DNA from: an uncultured Acidobacteriota bacterium
GTDB lineage: Bacteria; Actinomycetota; Acidimicrobiia; Spongiisociales; ZC4RG35
NCBI GenBank assembly: GCA_963780755.1
Contig: CAWACX010000002.1
Coordinates: forward strand, 273,426 to 337,425
Direction: 5' to 3'
DNA: 64,000 nucleotides
The notes under the pieces were generated by a model, which ran no database searches, was not told where the DNA came from, and saw only the letters and a program-made list of their open reading frames with translations. Made by a program: the position numbers and the translations under genes. Shown here piece after piece: positions 1 to 9,893 of the stretch (within the stretch, counting starts at the first letter, position 1; each line of letters starts with the position of its first letter).

Positions 1-957
1 CACCACAGCGGCGTAGCCGAAGAGCGGCTTGCGGGAGAAGGTGGGGAGGATCTCGGAGACCATCCCCATGGCGGGGAGGATCAGGATGTAGACCTCGGGG
101 TGGCCGAACAGCCAGAACAGGTGCTGCCAGAGGACGGGGTCGCCGCCTCCCACCGGCTGGAAGAACAGGGACCCGAACTGACGGTCGAAGGTCACCATGA
201 ACAGGGCCACCGCGATGATCGGGAGTGAGAACAGCAGGAGGAAGGCGACCACGGTCGTCATCCACACGAAGACCGGCATACGGAGCAGGCGCATCCCCTT
301 GGCCCGCATGTTGAACACCGTGACCAGGAAGTTGACCGCGGAGACCAGGGATGCGAGGCCGAGGATCTGGAGGCCGAGCGCCCAGTAGTCCATGGCAGTC
401 CCCGATGAGTAGAACGGGCCGGCGTTTGGCTGGTAGCCGAACCACCCGCCGTCCGGCGAGTCGGCGAGGAAGTTGAAGCTCCCCGGGCCCCCACCGAGCG
501 GGATGTTCCCGCTCACGCCGCCGGTGCCCGCCGGTGGCATCGAGGTGCCGAAGAAGAACGTCGAGTAGAGGAAGATCCCGCCGAAGAAGAAGATCCACCA
601 GGAGAGGGCATTGAGCCGGGGGAAGGCGACGTCCCGGGCCCCGATCATCAGTGGGAGCAGGTAGTTCATGAACGCCGCCCCCGCCGGCATCACGAACAGG
701 AAGATCATCGTCGTGCCGTGCATCGTGAACAGGGCGTTGTATGCCCCGGCGGTGAGGAACTCGCTGTTTGCCTGGGCGAGCTGGATCCTCAGGAGCAGGG
801 CTTCGATGCCACCAATGATGAAGAAGGTGAAGGCGGCGTAGCCATACATGATCCCGATCTTCTTGTGGTCGACCGTGGTGATCCATGACCAGAGGCCGGT
901 CGTGGAGGACGGGCGGCGGAAGATCGTGGTTGCTGGCCGTTCGGCGGTGGCGGTCAT
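1..957 (-). CDS. ctaD: cytochrome c oxidase subunit I, N-terminal ~319 codons (gene continues past the left edge)
   Basis: My translation of the minus strand from the ATG at 955-957 gives [51 protein letters not shown] overlap with the ctaC stop. Absent from the ORF track because no stop lies in the window. Confidence 0.9.
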   Translation of the reverse strand, partial: MTATAERPATTIFRRPSSTTGLWSWITTVDHKKIGIMYGYAAFTFFIIGGIEALLLRIQLAQANSEFLTAGAYNALFTMHGTTMIFLFVMPAGAAFMNYLLPLMIGARDVAFPRLNALSWWIFFFGGIFLYSTFFFGTSMPPAGTGGVSGNIPLGGGPGSFNFLADSPDGGWFGYQPNAGPFYSSGTAMDYWALGLQILGLASLVSAVNFLVTVFNMRAKGMRLLRMPVFVWMTTVVAFLLLFSLPIIAVALFMVTFDRQFGSLFFQPVGGGDPVLWQHLFWLFGHPEVYILILPAMGMVSEILPTFSRKPLFGYAAVV

Positions 958-2012
958 TGGTTGCTCTCCAGCCAAACGATGAGATCGTCGATTTCCTGCT
1001 CGGTCAGGGCCAGGTCGGGCATGAAGCTACCGGGCTTCACCTCGGGTGGATTGGCCAGCCACAGCTTGAGGGCCTCGGCCTCGGTCTGGCCCTCCTCGGG
1101 GAGGACGGCCCCCGCGAAGACGTTGCGGGAGGCGAAATGGGTCAGGTCCGGGCCGGAGAAGGCCTCGTCAGGCACGAGGTTCGACGCCGAGTCGTCTTCG
1201 AAGCGGACGCTGTGGCACTGGGTGCAGCCCTTGGCGGTGAAGACCTGGTACCCCGCGAACTCAGGGCTCCCCTCGGCAGGGAGCGGAGTCGGTGCCTGCT
1301 GTCCGACGATCCATTCCTCGTAGTCGGCCGGCTCCATGGCGATGACACGGGCCCGCATCAGTGAGTGGGAGAGGCCGCAGAACTCGGCACATTGGCCCCA
1401 GTACTCCCCCGGCTCATCTGCCTCGAGCCGCAACAGGTTCACCTGGCCGGGGATGGCGTAACGCTTCCCGTTCAATGCAGGGACCCAGAAGTTGTGGATC
1501 ACGTCGTCGGACATGAGGTTCGCACAAACCTCCTGCCCGGCAGGGATCACCATCACGTTGGCGGTCTTGATGTCGGCTTCGGGATAGCTGTACTCGAACC
1601 ACCACTGGTGGCCGATGACGTTGATCTGGATCGCGTCCGGGTCACATTCGGTGAGCTCGAAGACGGCGGCGGTGGTGGGGACGGCGATCCCGGCCAGGAT
1701 CAACGCGGGAACGACGGTCCACAGGACCTCGAGCTTGGGGCTGCCATGTAGCTGTTTCGCCTCTTTCGCGCCGTCCTTGTCCCGAAAGAGGAACACGGCC
1801 ACCAGGATCGCTCCCTGGACGAGGACGAACACCGCGGTGGCGATCCAGAAAACGGGCCAGAAGAGATCGTCTTCCTGCTGCGCGAATGGACCCTGGGGGT
1901 CGAGCGCCGTCATCGGGGCGTCTTCGATCTCGATGAATTGGCAGGCGGTGAGAATCAGGGCCGCACCGGCGATGGCGCCGAGGCGTGCAAGACGTTGACG
2001 GGACCGGGCCAT
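954..2012 (-). CDS. ctaC: cytochrome c oxidase subunit II with C-terminal cytochrome c domain (caa3-type), lipoprotein signal
   Basis: ORF 954..2189. CuA motif [12 protein letters not shown] and heme-c motif CTQCH near the C-terminus. Probable start [24 protein letters not shown] at 2012. Confidence 0.9.
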   Translation of the reverse strand: MARSRQRLARLGAIAGAALILTACQFIEIEDAPMTALDPQGPFAQQEDDLFWPVFWIATAVFVLVQGAILVAVFLFRDKDGAKEAKQLHGSPKLEVLWTVVPALILAGIAVPTTAAVFELTECDPDAIQINVIGHQWWFEYSYPEADIKTANVMVIPAGQEVCANLMSDDVIHNFWVPALNGKRYAIPGQVNLLRLEADEPGEYWGQCAEFCGLSHSLMRARVIAMEPADYEEWIVGQQAPTPLPAEGSPEFAGYQVFTAKGCTQCHSVRFEDDSASNLVPDEAFSGPDLTHFASRNVFAGAVLPEEGQTEAEALKLWLANPPEVKPGSFMPDLALTEQEIDDLIVWLESNQ

Positions 2013-2068
2013 CGGTTCGGCATCATACGGATATGGGGAAGTGGCGACCAACTTCCCCGGAAACCCGG

Positions 2069-2360
2069 TCAGGGAGGGTCGGGGCCGACGGTGTAGGTGT
2101 GGCCGAGGGGGCTGGTCCACTGGTAGTGGCCGGGTTTGATCATTTCGAGTTTCCAACCGTGGTCTTTGAGCTGGTGGTGATGTCGGCAACAGGGTGTGAG
2201 GTTGTGGCTGCTGTTAGGCCCGCCTTCCGCCCAGGGGTGTCGGTGGTCGAGGTCGCAGTCGGCGGCTGGGGTGCGGTTGCCGGGAAGACGCAGGTCGGGA
2301 GCCGGGCTTCGACCAGGCGTCTCTTGGGTGACCTGGCGGGCGATGTCGGCGATGACGGGG
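2069..2360 (-). pseudogene. 5'-truncated, frameshifted relic of an HNH endonuclease (DUF222/13E12-repeat type)
   Basis: C-terminal HNH core AADCDLDHRHPWAEGGPNSSHNLTPCCRHHHQLKDHGW..WTSPLGHTYTV lies in frame 2069..2512. The preceding ..RRLVEARLPTCVFP motif is in a different frame (ORF 2140..2508). No N-terminal ~300 aa is present. The upper boundary is approximate. Confidence 0.7.
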
Positions 2361-2395
2361 ACCCAACCCGGATCGAACCGCATAGGCTGCAGCCG

Positions 2396-2611
2396 ATGAT
2401 GGGGCTGCGGTTCAATGAACTCCTCATTATTTTGGTGCTCACCGTGCCGACGGTCTGGGCCCTCATCGACCTGCTGAGGGTTCCGACCGATGTCTGGGCT
2501 GCCTCCAAGCAAAGCCAGGGCCTTTGGGCAGTTCTGGTCCTACTGGTTCCGGTCCTGGCTCCGGCCCTTTACTTCTTCATCGCCCGACCTCGGCTGAGAA
2601 CTACGAGCTGA
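2396..2611 (+). CDS. small two-TM membrane protein, PLD-nuclease-N-terminal-like (PLDc_N family)
   Basis: Tail of ORF 1985..2611: MMGLRFNELLIILVLTVPTVWALIDLLRVPTDVW..GLWAVLVLLVPVLAPALYFFIARPR. Confidence 0.6.
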   Translation: MMGLRFNELLIILVLTVPTVWALIDLLRVPTDVWAASKQSQGLWAVLVLLVPVLAPALYFFIARPRLRTTS

Positions 2612-2628
2612 CCAGCAGATCGCAGCGC

Positions 2629-3463
2629 TCAGCCCGCGACGGCCTCGATCGCCGAAGTCAACTCGTCTTCCCCCACCGCCCCTTCGAAGGCGGCGCTCAC
2701 CGTCCCCGAGCCATCGATGACGAACACCCAGGGCTCAGAGGGAAGACCCCACTCCTCGACGGCGGGGACCACGGTTAGGTCATTGGTGTCGCGACACCTG
2801 GAGGTCGTCGTACACCTCGACATGGATGAACTCGACTTCCGGAAAGCTCGCCTGCAGCGCCTTGACCTGATCGAGCATCGGTCCGCACGCCTCGCTGGAG
2901 CAGAAAGCCGGGGTGGCGAAGGCGATCACCGTCGGATTGCCGCTGGCGACCGCATCGGCCACCGAAACCTCGTACATGGCCGGGTCGGGATCGGGGTCGG
3001 AGGTGATGATCGACAGATCGGGAAAGTCGGCGGAGACCCTGGTCTCGGAAGGGGGTGCCGGTTCGCCTCGCTGTATGACACTCGGGTCTTCAGTGGCGAC
3101 CAGGCCGGCAGGACCTGCCTCCGAGAACCCATCCGCGTCGATGGTGATCTGATAGTTGCCGGCCTCCGGGATCACCAGGTTCGCCACGTAGAGGCCGCGG
3201 GTGTCCTCGACCGCCCAGACGAACTCGGTCTCATATGTGTCGAGCGGTGCGCCGTTCTCGTCGCGCAGGGTGACGATGGCCGGGCGATCAGGGGCAGCCA
3301 CCCACTCGTTGGTCTCCGGGTCGACAAGGGCGAACATCACCCGTTGCTCGCCGGTCCCGATCCCGGCCGGGGACGAGGCCACGGTGGCAATCGGCGTGGG
3401 CTCCGAGTTGCCACAGGCGAACAGCACCAGACAGAAGCCAACCAGGAGCGCAATCCGTCTCAT
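2629..3463 (-). pseudogene. thioredoxin-fold (TlpA/Sco-like) lipoprotein, interrupted by a frameshift near 2783-2810
   Basis: MRRIALLVGFCLVLFACG lipobox at 3463, then ..AFATPAFCSSEACGP..FIHVEVYDDLQVS followed by a stop at 2780. The expected C-terminus NDLTVVPAVEEWGLPSEPWVFVIDGSGTV..FEGA continues in the +1 frame (ORF 2629..2823). Confidence 0.75.
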
Positions 3464-4381
3464 CGGATGAGCACGTCGAGCATCACCGATCCAAACAGCG
3501 CCGCCAGATAGACCGTGGAGGTGGTGAAGAGTCGCATCGCCTCTTCCGGGTGTCGGAAGACTCGCCAGGTGTCCCAAAGGAACCAGGCCCCGAGCCCAAT
3601 GGCGGCGACCAAGTAGATCCAACCCATGCCTGCGACCGGCACCAGGAGCAGGGTGATCCCGACCATGAGGGCCGTATAGAGCAGCATCTTGCGAGTGGTC
3701 GCCTCGACCCCGGCGACCACGGGCAGCATCGGCACCCCGGCCCGGGCGTAGTCGTCGCGGTACCTGATCGCCAGGGCCCAGAAATGAGGCGGAGTCCAGT
3801 AGAAGACGATCAGGAACAGCACCCATGCGGGCAGGCCCACTCCGCCGGTGATCGCGGCCCAGCCCACCAGCACCGGGGCCGCTCCCGCCGCCCCACCGAT
3901 CACGATGTTCTGCGTCGTATTGCGCTTCAGGGCGAGGGTGTAGACCAGGACGTAGAAGAGGAGCGCCGCAGTCGAGATCAGTGCGGCCATCAGGTTGGCG
4001 GCAACCCAGAGCCAGGCGAACCCGGCGATGCCCAGCAACACCCCAAAGACCAGAGCGTTGGCCGGAGGAACTTCGTGGCGAGCCAATGGGCGGGACCGCG
4101 TGCGCCGCATCACCTCGTCGATATCACGGTCGAAGTAGTTGTTCAGGGCGTTGGCACCACCGGCCGACAGGGTGCCACCGATCAGGGTGTTGATCACGAT
4201 CCACGCACCGGGCCAGGTGCCGGCGGCGAGAACCATCGAGGGAACGGTGGTGATCAGGAGCAGCTCGATGATCCGAGGCTTGGTGAGGGCGACATACGCC
4301 GCGACCCGTGACGCGCGCCTGCTCGGAGGGGACGGCGAGAGTGACTTCGGGGATCGGTGCCCCGGCGCTCTCAGTCGACAT
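3460..4381 (-). pseudogene. ctaB: protoheme IX farnesyltransferase (heme O synthase), apparent frameshift in the first ~25 codons
   Basis: ORF 3460..4236 has GGANALNNYFDRDIDEVMRRTRSRPL. Conserved N-terminal RVAAYVALTKPRIIELLLITTVPSM is open in the same frame but has no ATG/GTG/TTG. GGAGG-N6-ATG at 4381 is in the adjacent frame (MSTESAGAPIPEV..). Confidence 0.8.
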
Positions 4382-4538
4382 CGGTTGCCTCCACCACTTC
4401 TTCCTCAGCCCTCTTCTTCTCCTCTGCGGCCCGCCTCGCCCGCTTCTCCGCCCATCGCAAAGAGAAGATTGGCGGCCAGGGCCGGGATCACAAAGATCCC
4501 GACTTCGTCGATCCCCCAGTAGTGGGCAAAAGTGAGCA

Positions 4539-5836
4539 TCAGCCGGCGAGGATCACCAACCCGAGTGTGGTGAGAGCCACCATAAGGAGAAGCATCGCGT
4601 ACTGGGAACGAACCGCGTCCGTTCCGAAGTCCCCGAGCGCCCGGTCGTGGGCCAGGACGACACCGGCGACGTGCCCGGTGACGATGACCGCCACCTGGAT
4701 GTACCAGATCGGCTCGCTGGAAGTGAGGAAGAAGTCGACCTTGTAGTCGGCGGTCCCGAACAGGTCCCAGCCGAGCGCGAACGGGTCGGAGATCGCGGCG
4801 ATGAGTTGCTGGCCCTCGAAGATGATCAGGGTCAGGTAGTGCGCGACCGCGTAGGCGAGGGCGATTGGGACCAGGGTGTGTGCGAACCGCCCCGCCACCC
4901 GACTCGCGGTCCACTCCCCGCCGACCAACCGGGCCGCGGCCCAGGAGGCGAGGAGATAGCCACCGGCGATGACCGCGACACATGCGAGGAGGAGCAGGGT
5001 CTGGCCGCCCATGGTCTGGCCCATATCTCCCATCGCGCTCCTCATCCAGGTCGTGCCCGACGCTCCGTCGTAGGTCACCGTGCCGATCGCCACCACCACG
5101 AACCCGGCAAGCCCCGGCCAGGAAGGGAGCACGGGCAGCGACCGCAGCCAACCGCGCCACACCAGGTGGCCGTCGGCCCTGCGACCCAACGGCGAGATCG
5201 CGGAGAAGAGCCGGTTGTAGGGGGTGAAGAGGTCGAACCCGGCGAGCCCGGTCTCGCGGCCGGCGTAGGCCATGACCGCGACCATCAAGGTGGTGTACAC
5301 CAGGGCGGCCAGCGCCAACGTCGCCGCCTCACCAGAGCTCGGGCTGACCAACTCGAGCCAGGCAAGGCCGACGAAGAGGGCTGCCGCCGGCCAGATGCCG
5401 ACCCGGGCCAGGACCTCGGGCGCGCTCCTCCTTGCCCAACCTGAAAATCCGACCGATGGTGCGCCACGGGTTGATGTCGGTGTACCAGTCACCGACGACC
5501 ACGCCCGCGAATGGGACCACCGAGCCAAAAGACCACCCAGACCAGGACCGGGGCAATGCCGGGTCGGGTGGGGTCGGTCTCCAGCCCAAAGGCCGGCACC
5601 AACAATTGCCCGATCACCAGCAGCAGCCCGATCAGCCCCAGGGCTGGGAGCAGCCCCCTTCTCGGGATCGAGAGCCTCGACTCCTCGGAGCGAGGCCCGT
5701 CCTGGAGGCGGGGCTCGGGCCAGAGGAGGGCGAGGGCTACGAAGCTGATGACGATGACCAACCCGGCGCCGACGATGAAGTAGGAGACCGGCACGGGAAG
5801 GTCGAGGCGACCCCCGATTCCATGGGGCCAGATCAT
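4539..5836 (-). pseudogene. polytopic membrane protein of unknown function, needs two frame changes (about 5517-5521 and 5420-5436)
   Basis: Three overlapping ORFs (5489..5941, 5329..5589, 4539..5528) read as one hydrophobic protein: MIWPHGIGGRLDLPVPVSYF..VLVWVVFWLG / VPFAGVVVGDWYTDINPWRTIGRIFRLG / SAPEVLARVGIWPAAALFVGLAWLELV.. Confidence 0.65.
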
Positions 5837-5837
5837 C

Positions 5838-6281
5838 TCAGGGAGCAACCACCAGCTCGAAAAGCGGGAGCTCGCTCTCCTCCAGCTCGACCTCGAAGAT
5901 GCCCTGCGCGTCGGCGGTGAAGGTGACGAGGGTGGGGACACCGGGCTCGACGGGGAAGGTCAGGTCGAATCCGTGAACATGGACCTCGTCGGCGACATCG
6001 GCGAGGACGGTGATCTCGACCAGATCTCCCATCTCCACCTCGAAACGGTCCGGGCCGTCCACGACACCACCGGCGACCGTGACATCGATCTGGACCACGG
6101 TCGTGGTGGTCTCGGCGGCGGTGGTGGTGGTCGGGGCAAGGGTGGTGGTGGGAGCCGCGCTCGAGGTCGTGGTCTCGGCGATGGTGGTCGTGCTCGGGCT
6201 GTGGTGGTGGTGGTGTCCGACGATGGGCTGCAGGCGGCAAGAGCGACGACGAGGAGGGCTGAGGTGGTCACGATCGCGCAT
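5838..6281 (-). pseudogene. cupredoxin-like secreted lipoprotein with Thr-rich linker; signal peptide and mature part are in different frames
   Basis: Mature domain VTVAGGVVDGPDRFEVEMGDLVEITVLADVADEVHVHGFDL is in ORF 5838..6281. The lipobox TTSALLVVALAACSPSSDTTTTT is in the ORF 5960..6457 frame (GTG at 6271). The switch falls in the ACC-repeat region, about 6190-6225. Confidence 0.6.
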
Positions 6282-6400
6282 GGCCCCAAGCTAGGCAGGA
6301 GCCTGCCGAAAGGCAGATTCGCCAATAGCTCGCCCGATGCGATGGGTGCGCCGGATACCGGGACCAGGTCGACGCCGACGCCGAGGGTGTGCTGAGTCCT

Positions 6401-6463
6401 GGCGGCCAAATTGAGGTGCTGATCATTGCGGACAGTGAATGGTGACTTGGCGTCCAATTACGT
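6401..6463 (-). repeat. degenerate copy (C) of the stop-codon-proximal palindromic element
   Basis: Minus-strand reading CGTAATTGGACGCCAAGTCACCATTCAC.. starts 1 nt after the TAG of the oxidoreductase. It matches copy B (CCGAAATTTGGACGCTCAGGTCACCATTCGC) at most positions. Confidence 0.6.
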
Positions 6464-8469
6464 CTAGGCCCGCACCGCCTGCACCAGGGTGTCGTAGAAG
6501 GCGACGCCGCCACCCCAGTCGCTTGGGGCGTCATTGGTCAACGCGTTGGCGTTGGCCTCCGCTCCCCACCATCCCCAGGGGATGGCGCAGAGCCCGGGGC
6601 GAAGCCGGTCGCTGATCCGCGCCGGGAGCTCGAGTGACCCGCGGCGATTGAATACGCGCACCAGGTCGCCTTCGGCGATCCCGCGCTCGGTGGCATCGTG
6701 GGGATCGATCTCGAAGTAGGGGCCCTTCTCCCGGTCCGAGTGATGCTTGGAGTACGTGGTGTTGAGGAACCGGGTGTGGTTCTTGGGGGTGAGCAGTGCC
6801 AGCGGGTACTCGATGCTCATCTCGCTTCCCGGGCCCTCGACCGCCGGGGTGTAAGTGGGCAATGCGTCGTGGCCTGCAGCGGCCAGGGCCTTCGAGAAGA
6901 GATGGGCCTTGCCGTCGGGGTTGCCGAACCCGCCATCCCGGTAAGGGAGCAACTCCTCGGGGAGGTCGAGCCGGGTGAACCCCTGTTTCTGGAGCAGCTC
7001 GAGGTCGACATCCGGGAGTGCCCGGCGCAACAGCTCCTCGTCGTCCATTTCGAACACCGGGTGCTCGACTCCCATCGCCCTGGCCAGCCGACGCCAGAGC
7101 TCGGAATTGGGGACCGACTCGCCGAGAGGCTCGATGGCGGGATGATTCCACCCCAGGTAGAGGTGGCCCCAGGAGGGCACCATGTCCACCTGCTCGATCT
7201 GCGTGGTCGCCGGCAGGACGACATCGGCGTAGAGAGCGGTGTCGGTGAGGAACTGCTCGCTGACCACCGTGAACAGGTCCTCCGCTCCAGGCCCCGGCGG
7301 GTGGCCGCGGCGTTGGGCACCGAGACCAGGGGGTTGCCGTTCCACACGATCAAGGCGTGGACTCCCATACCGACATCGGTGAGAGCCTCCCCGAGACGGT
7401 TCATGCTGACCTCACGGGTCGGCCGATCGACCTCGATGACCGAGGAGTCGATTGCGGCCTCGGACCAGACGCTCACCGAGCGGGAGAGTCCGCCCCCACG
7501 ATGGCGCCAGGCCCCGGTGAGAACCGGAAGGCAGCCGAGCGCTCGGAAGAACATGGCTCCTTGCTCATGGTGCTCGGCGCCGATCAAGGTCCGGATGAAG
7601 CTCTTCGGTGTGGTGCCGTAGGCCCGGGCCAGCTCTTCGATCTCATCGGCCTCGATGCCGCAGACCTTCGCCGCTCGGACCGGATCCCAAGATGCGACAT
7701 GGGCAGCCAACTCTTCGAAGCCCAGGGCATGCTCAGAGACGTACTCGTGATCGATCAGGTCGTCCCGGACCAGGACGTGCATCACGCCCAACATCAGGGC
7801 GACGTCGGTGCCGGGGAGCGGCTGGATCGACCAGTCTGCGGACTGGGCGGTGATGGTGCGGATAGGGTCGATGACCACGACCCGGGCCCCGTTCGACCTG
7901 GCCTCCTCGATGAACGCCCAAAGATGGCGGTTGGTGAGGCGAGTGTTGGTCCCCCATAGGATCACCAGGTCCGAGAACCGAACGTCCATGGGGTCCGCGC
8001 TGTGCCGCTGCCCGTTGGTGGCCGACAGGCCGGCCCCTGCGGTTGCCCCGCACAGGGAGTCGATCTGGCGGGACGCTCCGATCCCGGCGAAGAAATACTG
8101 ATCGAGATAGCTCATGTGGAGCAGCCCCTGGGTCCCGGCGTCGCCCCAGGGGAGGATGGCCTCGCCGCCATGCTCCTCGATCACCGAGCGGAGACGGCTC
8201 GAGACCAGCTCCAGCGCCTCATCCCAACTCGACTGACGGAACTCACCGGCGCCCTTGGACCCGACCCGGATCAAAGGGTGAAGGACTCGATCAGGGTGAT
8301 AGACCCTCTCCAGGAACCGGTTGACCTTGGGGCACAACTCCCCCCGTGAGTAGGGGTGGTCGGGGTTGCCCCGGAGCTTCACAGCCCGCCCGTCCTCGAC
8401 CGTCACCACCCAGCCGCAGGTGTCGGGGCAGTCGTGGTGGCATGTGCCGAGGACTAGCTCGGTGGTCAT
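6464..8469 (-). pseudogene. molybdopterin (bis-MGD) oxidoreductase, DMSO-reductase superfamily, split by a one-base deletion-type frameshift near 7275-7290
   Basis: N-terminal 4Fe-4S motif CHHDCPDTCGW and MGD domains are in ORF 6817..8469, up to ..NPLVSVPNAAATRRGLE. The continuation EDLFTVVSEQFLTDTALYADVVLPATTQIEQ.. is in ORF 6464..7345. Confidence 0.8.
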
Positions 8470-8490
8470 CCGGTCACGCTAGCTGCGGAC

Positions 8491-9393
8491 TCACCCGACG
8501 AACCGCGCGATCTCGTCGGCAAGGCGCTCGGAGTGGGTCCAGGGCGCCTCGTGCCTCACGCCCACCAATTCCACGACCTGGGGGTCGCGCAGGCTCGCCG
8601 CCAATTGGTACTGCCAGGCCGGGGGGACCAATTGGTCCTTGGTCGGGATCAGCACCATTGTCTCCGCCTCGATCTTCCCCACCCAGGGACGGGAGTCGAA
8701 GCGGAGCAGGGCCAGGGTCGCCTGGGTGCCGGCGTCGGTGTCCCTGCGGTGGGTCTCCTCCCAGAGCCAGCGGGCGTGGCGTTCCTCGACGGCACCTGTT
8801 GCCAACAGGTAGCCGGACCTCACCTCCGGGGTGCCGAGCCCGGTAAGGCGCTCCCAGGCGCGGGCGATCACCGCTCCGGCCACGCGCAACGCTCGCATCG
8901 GCTGCGGGTGATGGGTGAAGGCTGCGATCAGGACCAGTCGGCCGGTCCGCTCCGGATGTCGATGAGCGAAGGACTGGGCGACAGCGCCGCCCATCGAATA
9001 CCCGACGACCGAGACCGCACCGACACCGAGACGATCGAGGACCCCTGCCATGTCGTCGGCGATGTCTTCGACCTCGAAGCGGTCGCGGGCAAGAGGGGCG
9101 AGCCCGTGACTCCGGTGGTCGACCATGATCACCCGATACTTCTCGGCCAGTGCGGGGCCGATCCGGTACCACTCGGCGAGAGAGGAGCCGGCGAGCCCGT
9201 GGATCAGGAGGAGGGGCGGAGCGCCATCGGGGCCCAGGTCCCGGACCAGGAACTCCTGGTCACCGACGAACACCGTGTGCCCGAAGTGGCGCCATGGATG
9301 CTCCTGCGGGGAGCGGAAGCGCGGGGAGAGGACCGGGCCAAAGAGGCGCCAAAACAGGAACCCGAAGAAACCGCGACGCAACCACCGTCTCAT
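8491..9393 (-). CDS. alpha/beta-fold hydrolase
   Basis: ORF 8491..9393 with LLLIHGLAGS and the nucleophile elbow VVGYSMGG. Confidence 0.75.
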   Translation of the reverse strand: MRRWLRRGFFGFLFWRLFGPVLSPRFRSPQEHPWRHFGHTVFVGDQEFLVRDLGPDGAPPLLLIHGLAGSSLAEWYRIGPALAEKYRVIMVDHRSHGLAPLARDRFEVEDIADDMAGVLDRLGVGAVSVVGYSMGGAVAQSFAHRHPERTGRLVLIAAFTHHPQPMRALRVAGAVIARAWERLTGLGTPEVRSGYLLATGAVEERHARWLWEETHRRDTDAGTQATLALLRFDSRPWVGKIEAETMVLIPTKDQLVPPAWQYQLAASLRDPQVVELVGVRHEAPWTHSERLADEIARFVG

Positions 9394-9812
9394 CCCAGGT
9401 CTCCGACCGCGAACATCAGGTCCTGGACCGGCCGCCCGCCCACCAGGTGCTCGTCGATGACCCGGTCCAGCTTCTCCCTGTCGAGCCCGGCGTACCAGGT
9501 GCCTTCCGGGTAGACCACGCAGATCGCGCCCTGCTCACAGATGCGGAGGCAGTCGACCTTGCTTCGCAACACCGTCCCGGTGCCCGGCTCCCCGGCGCTG
9601 GCCTCCGCCCCGGGGTTGCCGCCCCACGACGGCGGTGGCGAGGTCAGCCCTAACTCTTTGAGCCTGCTCTTCAGATGGCTCCAAAGGGCATGGGTCGCTT
9701 CGTATGAGGCGCACTTGGGGGTGGTCTGGTCGGCGCAGAGAAAGATGTGGCGCTGGGCCCTGGGAATGGAAAGGGCCTCGGCAATGGCGTCGAGTCGTTG
9801 GGAAGGGTCCAA
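9390..9812 (-). CDS. thioredoxin-like [2Fe-2S] ferredoxin-family protein
   Basis: C-terminal part of ORF 9390..10313: HIFLCADQTTPKC..VDCLRICEQGAICVVYPEGTWY. Probable TTG start at 9812. ATGA overlap with the hydrolase start. Confidence 0.6.
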   Translation of the reverse strand: MDPSQRLDAIAEALSIPRAQRHIFLCADQTTPKCASYEATHALWSHLKSRLKELGLTSPPPSWGGNPGAEASAGEPGTGTVLRSKVDCLRICEQGAICVVYPEGTWYAGLDREKLDRVIDEHLVGGRPVQDLMFAVGDLG

Positions 9813-9816
9813 GTAG

Positions 9817-9850
9817 GCGTATATGCGTATACGCGGATACGCGCATGCGC
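9817..9850. promoter_or_regulatory. two 10-bp perfect palindromes and an 8-bp-spaced direct repeat in the ferredoxin/greA divergent intergenic region (candidate operator)
   Basis: GCGTATACGC at 9825-9834, GCGCATGCGC at 9841-9850, and ATACGCG at 9829-9835 and 9837-9843. Confidence 0.4.
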
Positions 9851-9893
9851 AAGTCCAGGTACGCCCTGACCGACCGTTACCCTCCCCGTCTCC

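Noticed and set aside
6100-6230. GGT/ACC-rich periodic tracts (also 12590-12700 and 53330-53450) as tandem repeats or a CRISPR-like array
   Set aside because: They are in-frame Thr-codon runs of lipoprotein linkers. There is no repeat-spacer organisation and there are no cas genes.
2783-7290. Programmed ribosomal frameshifting as the explanation for the split genes
   Set aside because: The events go in both directions and occur in unrelated genes. I saw no slippery heptamer plus downstream structure at any junction. Indels, whether sequencing errors or mutations, are the simpler explanation.
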